Assembly (NCBI GenBank): GCA_028534125.1
Contig: CM052828.1
Coordinates: 54,994,001-55,058,000, forward strand
Source: Lama glama
Taxonomy: Eukaryota
Reading direction: 5' to 3'
DNA: 64,000 nt
Positions within the stretch are counted from its first letter, which is position 1. Every line of letters starts with the position of its first letter. The position numbers were made by a program, and so were the translations under genes. Shown here one piece after another: positions 39,586 through 51,700 of this stretch. The notes under the pieces are model-generated. The model did no database searches. It was not told the origin of the DNA and saw only the letters and a program-made list of their open reading frames with translations.

Positions 39586-39840
39586 GGGGGCGGGGGGTGG
39601 GAAGGTACAGACTGGGGTTTCAAAATTTGTAGATACTGACAGGTATATGCAGAATAGACAAACAAGATTATACTGTATAGCACAGGGAAATATATACAAG
39701 ATCTTGTGGTAGCTCACAGCGAAAAAAATGTGACAATAATATACGTATGTTCATGTATAATTGAAAAATTGTGCTCTACACTGGAATTTGACACATTGTA
39801 AAATGACTATCACTCAATAGAAAAATGTTGGAAAAAAAAA
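39586..39840 (+). mobile_element. 5'-truncated L1 3' UTR, camelid/cetartiodactyl type
   Basis: gggaaggtacagactggggtttcaaaatttgtag...ctgtatagcacagggaaatatatacaagatcttgtggtagctcacagcg followed by an A tail. Confidence 0.85.
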
Positions 39841-41439
39841 GTCGGGATTCTAAATTTGAGCCTGAGCTCCCAGGGCATTTTGAAGTTTTGTCACCAGAGA
39901 AGGATAGAACATGTTTTATATAACAGCTTGTTAGTTTGATTTATAACTTTTACATATTTAGACAAATGGTATGTGGGTCTTCATTTGCATTCTTGCCCTG
40001 GGCCCTGTAAATGTCAAGGCAGTATTTTCTATGGCAAACGATGAGCCATGAATTCAGAGAAGAAAGAGACCACTGTGGGCTGGTGTGAGCTGTTAAGAAA
40101 GGCTTCATGAGAATTCATTGCAAATCGTGGTGTTTTAGGCTAGGAGGAGACAGCTGAGATTGCGCTAGCTAAAAAGTCAGGTATCTTTCATTTAGGATCT
40201 TGGATACACACAGGGGAAACCACTAATCTAGTACAATGCTCTTATCTCATGATAGGAAACCCATGGAGGTCCAGCAGATAGTAACAGAGCGGTCTGATCC
40301 CACGGCTCCTGGCGGTCACACCCATGTCTCTCCATTTCCCCAACTGCTTCCGCTGGCCTGGGAGGAGCTGCAGCTTTGGAGAAGTTCAAGGAGAGGCTGA
40401 GAGGAGATCTAAGCTCCTGCCCGAAATGGGGAGGTAGGTAGCAAATGAATGCCTCCCCTCTTGTGTCTGGAAACCCAGCCTAAAGCAGCCGCTGTTGAAA
40501 TCTCATATCTGATCTTCAAAGGTAATGTGTATTCTGTATACAACAGAATTGTATATTCTGTTCTCTGATAAGGCTTTGGAGTTATATTGGGAGTGGAGCT
40601 CAGTTGCTGCCCCTTAATTGGTGAATTTGCGCACATTACCGAAACTTTGAACCTCAGTTTTGGCATCTGTAACGTGAGAGCGTGAAGAGTACATGATATA
40701 ATGTATATCAAGCGTGCCTGGAGCTGACTTGGTGTTGGCTGCTGAGCTCTCCCTGGCACCTGTGGAAACAGAAATGCCCTAAAGAAACGGTCACTCGTGA
40801 TACAGTCACATGGTTCTGCGCTGTCCATCGGGATGGTGTGATTTGGTGTTTAGGATGTATGTTGCAACTTATTTACTCCCTTTGGAAAATGATATGCCAG
40901 CGACAGCTGAGTTTTGAAGAACTGATGCCATGTTAACTCAGAATGAACACGGAGTAATGCTGAGTCCTGGTAAATTTCCTGTGCGGCTGCTCACAATCAG
41001 TTGAGATTCTTGGATGTAGGGCAAGCTTTCCTTTCCAGAGTTCCAGTCTATTTTTGTCAGCAAGGAGAGGTGATATGGCTTATTTTGTAATAATTCTTGT
41101 AATCCTATGATGATAAGCGTGTTCTGAGTCTACTAATGAATTGTCTGAGATGTAGTAGGATGCTCTTCTACATATTTAGGGGGAATATCTATCTGAGTTG
41201 CTGGAAAAGCCATGGAATTGTTTATGTCTCGTGTAGAGGGGATCAGGAATAGATCTTTGATGGTTTTTTTTAAACTACCAAATATCTTAAATATGAAATT
41301 TATAATTCTTAAAATCAAAATAGAAAAAATGTAGGAACTTGATGGTGAGCTCTCCATGCAGGGGACTATGAATTTTAGGAGAAATGAAATGTTAAATTGT
41401 GCCAAAGTATCACTGACAGTAAACTGCTTTCCCCACATT

Positions 41440-42161
41440 TCTCCCTCCCTCTTTGGATTCTTTTATTCCCTTCACCCATTTCGCCCAACAACCCACCCCA
41501 TACCTCAGACAAGCACCAGTCTGTTCTCTAGATCCATGAGCTTGTTTTTTTTGGGGGGGGGTTGGTTTGTTTGTTTTTATATTCCACACATAAGTGAGAT
41601 CATATGATCAAATGATCATAGCTTTTTCTGTCTGACTTATCTCACTTAGTATAATGCCCTCAAGTCCATCCACGTTGTCACAACTGGCAAGAACTCATTC
41701 TTTTTTTATGGCTGAGATTTATATATCTCACATCTTCTTTATTCATTTATCCATCAGTGGACATTTAGGCTGTTTCCATGTCTTGGCTATTGTGAATAAT
41801 GGTGCAACGACCATAGAGGTACACATACCTTTTTGAATTAGTGTTTTCATTTTCTTTGGATAAATACTCAGAAATGGAATTGTTGGCTCACATGGTGGTT
41901 CTATTTTTATGTCTTTGAGGAAATTCCATACTGTTTTCCACAGTGGCTGCACCGATTTACATTCCCACCAGTAACACACAAGGATTCCCTTTTCTCCAAA
42001 TCCTCACCAGCACTTATTTCTTGTATTTTTGATCATAGCCATTCTAATAGGTGTGAGGTGATATCTCACTGTGGTTTTGATTTGCATTTCCTTGATGATT
42101 ATGATGTTGAGCACCTTTACATATACCTGTTGGCCATCTATGTGTCTTCTTCGGAAAAATG
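41440..42161 (-). mobile_element. L1 ORF2 C-terminus and 3' UTR
   Basis: ORF 41743..41979 reads [18 protein letters not shown]...LFTIAKTWKQPKCP, the classic L1 ORF2 C-terminus. Confidence 0.92.
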
Positions 42162-42379
42162 CAGAAATGTTTAAGTGTTCTCAGGATGTAAAGTTGGAGC
42201 TGAAATGTGATATCAAACCAGTTGCAAGAAGTGTACAGCAGCCATCCCTCGAGGTCAAACCTGGTACCCAGTTATGCAAAAAAGCTTCAGGACACATAGC
42301 TTTTTGGTCTAGTTCCATCTTGTCTCATAATCTGATCGTGTGAGTTTGACACACACACACAGAATTATAGAACTATTCA

Positions 42380-45300
42380 AATGACCTATTTCATCTTGGG
42401 TAAGTTTTGGTAATTTTTGGTTTCTGAGGAATTGTTCCATTTCATCTAACCTGTCAAGTTTTTGTGCAGAGTTGTTTGTAGCATAGCCTTATTGTGTCTG
42501 TTAATGTCTGGGGTCTGTAGTGATATCCCTTTTCCTCTCTGATATAATTTGTGCCTTGTCTTTTGTATTTGTCAGTCTAGCTAGAAATTTATCAATTTTA
42601 TTGAACTTTAAAAATAACTTTCTTTTGGTTTCATACTTTCTCTCAATTTCATTGATCTCTGCTCTTACACTGTTTTCTTCCTTGTGCTTGCTTTGGGTTT
42701 ATTTTGCTCTTCTTTTTTCTTATTTCTTGAGGTGAAAACTTAAGTTATGACTTGAGAATTTTTTCTTTCCTAATATAAGGATTTAATATAAATTTCTCTC
42801 TAAGCACAACTTTAGTTCACAGATTTTTTTATGTGAATATATTTTCATTTTCATTCAGTTAAGTGTATTTTTTAAAATTTCTCTTGAGACTTTCTCTTTG
42901 ACCCATGGAGTATTTAGAAGTGGATTGTTTAATTTCCAAATGCTTGGAGATTTTTCCTGTTACTTTTTAAAAAATCGATTTCTAGGGGTTTTTTTTTCCC
43001 CAGAAATACCAGGGATATTATCAGAAAACATACTCTGTATGATTTTAATTCTTTAAAATTTGCTGAAGTTTGTTTTATGTCCTAGTGTATTGTCTATCTT
43101 GGTAAATGTTCGATGTACACTTGACAATATGTATATTTTGCCATTGTTGGATAGAGGTTACTATAAATGTCAGCTGGATCTCAGCAGTTAATGGTGTGGT
43201 TCATTCTACATCCCTGCTGATTTTCTGCCAATTACTGAGAGGGGTTTTGAAGTCCCCAGATAGAACTGTGGATTTGTCTATTTCTCCTTTTAGTTGTCAG
43301 TTTTTGCTTAACATGCTTTGAAGCTCTGTCGTTTGGCATATACACAATTTAGAGCTGTTTTCTCTTCTGAGTAAACTGACCCTTTATCATTTAGTCCCGC
43401 TCTGTCCCTGGTAATTTTCTTTGCTCTATAATTTACTTTATCCGATATTAAGATAGCCAGTCCAGCTTCCTTTTGAATACAGTTTGCATGGTAAATCGCT
43501 TCCCATCCTTTTAACCTACTTATATCATTGTATTTGAATTGAGTTTCTTACAGTCAAGCATAATTTTTATACACTCGGCTAACGTGGCTTTTAATTGATG
43601 TATTTAGATCATTTGCATTTAAAGTAATTACTAACATGTTAAGACCTAAATCTACCATTTTATTATATTTTTAAGTTGTTCCCTCTGGGTTTTGTTCCTG
43701 TCTCCCTTTTCCTACCTTCCTCCGGGGTGTTACTTGAAAGATTTTTGGAAATCCATCTTGATTTCTGTAAAGATTATTTTGAGTATATCACTTATATATC
43801 CATGTGAATATATATATATATGTATGTGTGCACATGCATTATAATATGCATGTGTAACTAAATATATTCCACTAGTATAAATATTTTACTTCTTTCCTAC
43901 AGATTGAGATCCTGAATCTGGATGGTATTCCTCATTGCAGTCCACTTCTAAAACCTTCTGTTGTGTTCATTCTAGTTGGTTTCATGTATTGGTCAGTTTG
44001 GAGTCTTCCTGGAACTTCGTAAAGCTTATTTAAATAGTAGTAAATAGTGGAATATAGAAACCTTACCACTTAGGTTCCCTTACAAATATCCCTTTTAAAA
44101 TATACTTGTCCTAAATATTTTCTCTACCTACATTGAGAATCACATTTTGCTTTCAACCATCAAAGGCGAAGGATAGTCTGTTACATTTCCCGGATACTCA
44201 TCTCTTCCATAGTCCTTTCTTCATTCCTCGTGTTCCAAGTTTCATTCTGTTATCACTTCATTTTAGTCTGAAGAACTTCCTTTGGCAATTATTTCAGGGA
44301 CAGTTTACTGGTGAAAAATCACTTCAGTTTTCCTTCATCTGAAAATGTATTTTACCTACATTTCTAAAGAGCATCATTGAATGTAGAATTCTGAATATAG
44401 AAAGTTCTTTTCTTTCAGTACTTAGGAAATACGGTGTCACTCCCTTCAGGCTCCATGTTGTCTGATAAGAAATACACCAGCATTCTAATTGTTTTTCCCC
44501 ATAAGTAATGTATCATTTGAGTGCTTCCCATATTTTTCTTTTTTGTTTTTCAAAAATTTTATGATGATGTATTTTGGCTTGAATTTCTTTGGGTTTATCC
44601 TGTTTGGGATTTCCTCAGATTCTTGATCTATTTTCAAGTTCACTGATTCTTTCCTTTGTCATTTCCAATCTCCTATCAGGCCCACTCAAATAAGCTTTTA
44701 AATTTTATTTTTCAGCTTAAAATGTTTCAGTTGATTCTTCTTTCATCCACTGCTTCTTTCCTGTGACTTTATTTTTTCATTTGTTTCAAGAGTATTCACA
44801 GTTGCTTACTGGAGCATTTTTATGATGACTGCTTTTAAAATCCTTCACAGATTCTTGTCTTTTCTCACTGAAGTGAGATGAGATGTTCCTGCATGTTGGT
44901 GTGATGAGTAATATTTGATTATACTCTGGGTTTTGGGGTTTTTATGAGAATCTAGTTCCTCTTTAAGTCTTCTAATTTGGCAGCTAGTTATCCTATTTGG
45001 TCAAAGACTGAGCACCACCTACAGCCTCTGTGGACACTTTGCCTCTGGGCTGGCAGGAAGGGGAGATGTGCCAGCTCCTTGCTAGAGGACAGGGATGGAG
45101 GTTTAGAGTTCTGTGTACACTGTGCTGGGCGTCGTAACCAGCGGGGAGAGGAAAGTGTGATTCATTTGTGGTATTTGGAGTAGGGCAGGTATTGTCAAAA
45201 GGATTCTGTTCTGCTCAGATTCCCCTTTCCTGTTCCTTTGGGTACAGACAGCAGTCTTTTGTCGGGGCTTTTATTTTGTCTGCTTCTTTTGTTAGTATCT
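42380..45300 (-). mobile_element. Old degraded L1 fragments
   Basis: T-rich antisense L1 signatures (ctttgacccatggagtatttagaagtg, gtggatttgtctatttctcctt, ttcatctgaaaatgtatttt). Confidence 0.75.
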
Positions 45301-45399
45301 CTGGGCAGTTCCAAACCTGTGCCCTTCCGCCACCTGGAACCAGTTTAAACTGTGAGGGAAACACAGCGACATCTGTTGGACACAGTGAATTACTAGCTA

Positions 45400-45818
45400 A
45401 AGGTTGTTCAGTTTCATTATTAGATAGATGGTGCTACATTCCTTTCCATTATGCAATTTCTTTGTAAAGCTGAGCGTTTTCGCTGCTGTGGAAGAAAAGT
45501 AAATACTGCACAAAAATCAGTTTGGAGTGTCCAGTCTGATTCCCAAAGCTTAAAAATTTATTCAGTGCCCAACAGGCACACACATCCCACTAGTAACTAA
45601 GTGTGGTTATTTTAGAATGAAATAAAAATATTTTTTTTTCTGTCGACCTATATTTTTTTTTCAAGGAACTCCTAAGCTGTTAAGATACAAATCATAATTT
45701 AAATTGTCTGGACCTATGCTACTTAATATGCAGAATTGTTGGCTTTTTTCTTTTGCCTAGGGGTGCAATGAAACAATGAGCGGCACTGAAGGCACTGAGA
45801 AAGCCTGGGAACCTCTGA
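45400..45818 (+). mobile_element. hAT-Charlie-like DNA transposon remnant
   Basis: cagtgcccaacaggcacacacatcccactagtaa and terminal ctgggaacctctg. Family uncertain. Confidence 0.45.
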
Positions 45819-46840
45819 CTAAAGGATGAATTCCTGCTGCTTTCTCTATTTCTTCTAAGTAATGGGCCAAGGCCCTGGAGGGGTGTAGCTGTGTGCAGTA
45901 GAACCAGGAAATTCTCAGACCTAAGTCTGCATCTTACTGGGGATAGCTCATGACCCCCTCTCCACCCTGTCCTCCCCAATTCGCTCATCTTACCGTATTC
46001 GATGCATCCTGTCCTGATGAGGTCTGGCAGTTCCCGAGGAAAGGTATGCTAAATGGCCACTGTGTTAGCAAAGGTGCCTGAACTTTCTAAATAGTCAATA
46101 ATAAACAGCAAGTTTTGATCAACCCCTAGAAGACTGGTTTACTTTTAATCTCTATATGGAAAATTATATTACAAAATTGTTTTATGAAGAGATGATCAGA
46201 GAGTGTGCAGCCAAAAAAAATAATAATGTAGAAAAAAAGTATATTAAGCAGGTAGTAAAAAGTGTAAAAAGCAGTTATTTTAGGAACTATCAATGATGGT
46301 TTTAGTTTGATCAGCTTTATAAAATTTGAAATTTGTATTGATTTTTCAGTCTAAATAAATATCCCCTCTCATATCTAATTTTGTATTCAAAAATTTGTAA
46401 TATTTTTCTATTGACAATAGACATTTGATTTTTTAGGGCAAGTTCTTCATAATACATGAACTAGTCACCTAATCCCTCCCCCTCATTTACGGTAAGGAAT
46501 TTTGCTATTTCAGCTACAACAGCTCTAAGTATCTAAGCGCTGTCTAACCTGTAACTGTGTGACAGCTCGATATAACATATGTAATAGCCCTGTAGCTGTA
46601 GCATCTCTAATCTGCATTGCCAGAAGCCACAATCTTCTGAAACAATGCATTTTATTCTAAATGCTACACACTGTATAATCTATTTGAAGACCTCTTAAGG
46701 AACAAGTAGGAATTCAAAGTTAAATAATTTCAATCTGAAATGGGGACACTATCAGCAAAATGCAGGATGTGGGAAACTCTACAAACCACCTGGTTTCTTT
46801 AATTTGAAAAAAAAATTGGTAAGGAAAAAAAAAGCAATGG

Positions 46841-46958
46841 GGGGAGGGTACAGCTCAAGTGGCAGAGTGCATGCTGACCATGCACGAGGTTCTGGGTTCA
46901 AACCCCAGTACCCCCTCTAACAAATAATAATAAATAAACCTAATTACCGCCCCCCCCC
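46841..46958 (+). mobile_element. tRNA-derived SINE, camelid Vic-1-like
   Basis: Head GGGGAGGGTACAGCTCAAGTGGCAGAG (A box) ... GGTTCAAACCCCAG (B box), tail aataaataaacctaattacc-poly(C), 11-bp TSD aaaagcaatgg at 46830-46840 and 46959-46969. Confidence 0.88.
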
Positions 46959-48658
46959 AAAAGCAATGGAATGAGAACTATTAAAAAATGACATTCATGA
47001 GGTAGTTGGAAATCATCTGATTATATATTTGATATTAAGTCATTACTGTTACTTCTTAGATATGAGACGGTTGTTAATAGTAGTTATCCTGTAGAAATAT
47101 GTAAATTATTTATAAAATTATATATCTTTGATTTGTTTCAAAATACAAATGGAGAAGTCGATAAGGCAGGCATCCTATAGTTAAAGTTTGAGGGCTGAGT
47201 CAGGGACACATAGAGTTCATCACACTATTGTCCTCTTTATGAGTGTAAGCTCACAATTCTGTATAATAAAAAGTATTAAAATACTCAATCTGATTGTCAA
47301 ACCCAACAGACACAACTCATATAAGATGCCAAGACCATCATACTGACGGCAGACTCTAATACGTGCTTGTAGTTCATGTCTTGGGGAATTAAAGTCTTGT
47401 TAAATATCAAGAAGTAAAATCATTTCATTGTTTCTACTACTAAAATGAAAAGTTGTATGTAAATTGTATAAAATTAGATACTTTGCCTGGTAAAAAAAAT
47501 GGAATGTTTTATAATTTTATATTTTATTAAGCATGCCTAAATATTTCACTCATGGTAAATATGTGTTTTAAAGAGATCAAGTAGCATTTATAATAGAGGA
47601 AGCATTGTTATTGCCAGCATGAATGTAAAGATGATATGAAAAACCATCATCTGTCTTGTCATTATAATAAGAAAATAATTAACATTATGAAATTTTTATA
47701 GGGCAAAAAAAGTTTTTTTTTCCAAATGAGACCAATACTCTACTTACACATTAGAAATAAGCCAGTACAAAATACATTCTAACAAATTCACCTGATGCTA
47801 AAAATCCCACCACCCACACCCCACCCCCAATCTTACCCATCTGTATTCTCTACTGGCAGCCCCTGGGTCGATTCAGCTTTTCTGGGCCTCCTGCGAGAGC
47901 CTGAGGGCGAGGGTCACCAGCCCTGAGGGCAAAGGTGAAGGTGACTGCTGGTACTGCCCCAGACCACCCTCCAGTTCTCAGTCTCCTCTGCCCACAGGTG
48001 AGCCTGCTCCAGCCCCTACCGGGGGCCTCAACGCCCAGGGCAGGAGGTGTAGGTGCATTGAGAGGCATCTCCCTTCACCTGGCAGAGCTGTGGGCTGCCC
48101 CCTGGATCTCTCCCAGGGCCGCTCCTGTGCAGTGGTAGGTACTACAGGGTGAGGTCCCCAAGCGACCTGATGTCCTGTCATGGCAGGTGGTGAGCAGATA
48201 CAGGTCATGGAGCTGCTTTGGGTGTCACTCGCGGTTAGGGATGGGGACAAAGCCATCAGAGGAATCTGGGTTTTCGCAACGAGTCCTTACCCCTTCATCT
48301 TGCGATGTCTGAAATTGTTGAATCCCTGCTGCTACTTGAATCTGTCTCCCTCTAGTTTCTGTGTTCTCCTGCCTTTCGTGTCATTCTCTCTCAATCACAT
48401 TTATGGGCTACAATTCCTCCGACTCACCCTTTAGTCATCTGTGTGTGATCAGGAAGGGGTTCAGAGTCTGCAGGCTTCTCCTTTTAGGATTATAAAGAGG
48501 CCGCAGAAACTGAAAGGAGATCTCAGGCATGGTTGGCCCAAACCCAAAGTCATCAACTTTCCCATCCACTCCTTCCAGAACTATGCAAATCTACTGCAGA
48601 AATAAAAGGCATCAGTTTAGCAGACACTTCACAAGGAAATCATTTGACTTTATATGAT

Positions 48659-48664
48659 TTTATT
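48659..48664 (-). terminator. Probable CCDC168 polyadenylation signal (AATAAA)
   Basis: tttatt on the + strand about 55 nt downstream of the TGA stop. Confidence 0.6.
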
Positions 48665-48718
48665 TTTCCCAGAATATCACGACACCTTTCCCTCGAGATG
48701 AACCTTAATGTGGTAAAA

Positions 48719-51700
48719 TCATTTTTGACGAACCAGGCTGAAGGACTCTAACAGTGACCCCAATAACTTTTTGGATGAACTCCATAGGTTATAAGAACTT
48801 GAAATCTTGGCCACCATGGGGACTCTGAAGTCTTTCTTCCTTAAAGTTTTGGGAGGAATAGTCCAGCGAATGGTTTTGGGTATAGTCTCCAGTGAGTCTG
48901 CCGGTATACAGGCATAAAAAAATGGCTGGCTTGGTTTTCCTTCAGAAAGGAAGTCGCTGTCCTCTGGAGGAGGTTCTGAGGCTGACTTATGTTCACCTGG
49001 GAAATAATCCGATCTTTCTGACTCAAAATCACGCTCTTTCTTCTTTCTTGTGCGTTTCTCTTTACTCTGTGTATAACTGTAGTCACATTCCCAAGGAATG
49101 TTGTTCTTTCTAAATGAATCGCATTTGGCCTTCTTTCTTTCTTTGCTTTCTGAATGCCTGCGAGGTTTGCCTTGGCTTTTTGCAAGATGTAATTTAATAT
49201 TTGATTCCGTTAAGGGAACTAAGGAGTAATTTTTTCTGCTCTTAGTAGTCTGTGAAAGCTTCTCATCACTGAATGGAATGGAAGATGATATAGACAGATC
49301 TACAGTAGTTAAGGAACTGTTACACGAGTCACGAGATTGCATTTTGGAGGATGACCTATATTTCCTGCTTTTGTGGGAGTCACAAGAAGGTGGTGTCACA
49401 ACTGAGGAATGTTTTCTACGGCCTCTAATATGATGGGAACCTGTATCTTCAGTGTAAAATGGTTTCAGATCAGTTTTGATTTTTTTCTTCCTGTAGAGAT
49501 TTGCCAAAGGCATGCCTTTCTGTAATTCAAGTAGAATATTTTGTGATTCCTGACTTAAACAAGAGTTGGCTTCTAAAAACACATATTCTTCACTGTCATG
49601 TGCATCAAGAGCTGAGCATCCCCCCCAGGTTTCTGAACTCTCAGTATTTGTGTGACTATCAGTAGAATCTTCAAAATTCTGAATTGAATGGGAATCAACC
49701 AAATCATGAGCATTTTCCCAAGTCTTTGAATCAGCAGATTCACATGTATTTGTATCTTGAAACCATACGTGACATTGTTTGTCTTTCCCTGGAGGCACGT
49801 GAGATTTTAAATTTGAAAGAGCCGTAGTGTCTTCCTGCACTGTGCTGTGTTGATCAGGGTCAGAAGAACACACCTGCTGGGGCTCCAAGAATGTATTGAT
49901 CAGTGATGAATTTTCACGGGGACTTTGCTTTTTGAAAGAGATATGTTGTTCTAACTGTCCGGTATCAATGGGAAGACCACCACTTTCTCCACTACTGTCC
50001 ACTTTTTTACATATTGCAACTGTGTGTAACTTAAGAATATGTTTGGGAAGTGTGTTCGGCTTAGGGAACATACTTTTGACTGGAAGCCCCAGGAGAAAAC
50101 GAGTGTATTTGTATCGTAAATCAAGATCTATTTGATGAAGAGATTTTTCCTCAAAAAGTAACAAAATTCTGTTTTCTCGTTTTGGTACTTTGACATCAGA
50201 ATGAATACATGTTGATAAAAGTTTCCTTCTATCCTGAGCACTGGCCATTGTGTAAGATTCTCTTACAATTCTGGGAAAGGTTTTCATTTGAACCTCCAAT
50301 GTTTTCCTAGAAAAGTGTATGAGAAGTTTGTCTTTTTCTTTTACTGGGTAGTTTTGGAGAATACAAGGCAATGGCATTTGTCCAGCAGAAATTAATGAAG
50401 GTGTTCTACTCTCTAGCGCATGTATTCTCTTTAGCTTTGTAATAATCTCCTCACTGCCACTCGAAACATTAACAGTCAGTGTTTTCACACAGCTGACAAG
50501 AGGTGAGTCTTTTTGGTATCTGTGTTTTAGGGTGAGTTTTACAGTATCAATCCCTCTGAGAGACAAAAAGCACGTTTTTCTATGTCTTTGACTGAGCCTC
50601 CAGCTGTTATGTTTCGAAATAGCCGGTTTTGGATAACAGCTGAGCCTTTGGAAGGATTGTTTCCTCATCTCTGGTGTCAAATTCAGATTTATTTCAGGTG
50701 CTTTTGACTCTAAATGATTCGTGAGCTTGTTTTTTCCTTCGCAAGTAAAACTTTCTACAATAGGCTTTGGCTGCACTTTGGAATGTGTTATTGTGGACGT
50801 TGTATCTGCACACCCTGCAGAAGGTGGCGCCTCCCAGCTACCAGGTTTATCGTCTTCCACTTTTTCTAGTATATCAGCATAAATTTTGTCTTGGACCATA
50901 TTTTTCACCTGGGCTTCGAAGACATCTTTAATTGCTTCATAAAGAGGAAGTAAACTTTCTGCTCTTGGACTATCTGCCACTATTTCTATTTCATTACCTT
51001 TAACTTGGGATGCTTCGGGCTCAGTTCCTGGAGGAGTTTTCTGTTGCTGAAGCGTTTGTGTGGCTGTGACCTGTACAGGTTCACGCTGATCTCCATCCTC
51101 AGGTGGTGGGGCATGCTCTGCGGTACCAAACAGCTGAGTTTCACACGGTGGTTCTTCTACCCCCAGCGGGGGAATATTCGTACTGAGGGTACTTTTCATG
51201 TGGGTTTCCACATTTTCGTTTGGATCTTCAGGCATGAATGGACAATCTGTAGGTGTTTGAATGGATTTTGGTGCCTTTTCTTGCTCGATCGTAAGCAAGT
51301 CAGGCTCTTTTACAATGCTTGAGATGTCATGGCCTGGAACAACCCTTTCTTTTGTTTGTGGAGTTAAACTTTGATTTGCTTCACTGCTGAGGTTTGCTTC
51401 TGACTTGGCACTAGGAAGCTTGTTCATTTGTTGCTCATCCACCACGAAGGGCTGAGAATCCTGAGGAACTGCGCTTGTAGAATTCTGGTCGCCTTCTTTT
51501 ACAGTGCTTGAGCTGTCCCTCTTGACAGCTGTACTAGCGTTTGGTGATTTATGCGGAAATTTTGAAAGACAAGTTCTCTTTGCTCTTTCTAAGTTTGTCT
51601 CAGGTTCTACTGTTTCTCTAGTCTGAGATGGACTCATCATGGAAATAGAAAGACTTCTGATAAAAATTCCTGAGGCTTCTTCTCGCCACAAAGATATTTT

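Noticed and set aside
46841-46915. tRNA-like sequence with A and B boxes
   Set aside because: It has a SINE tail and TSD, so it is a retroposed SINE rather than a tRNA gene.
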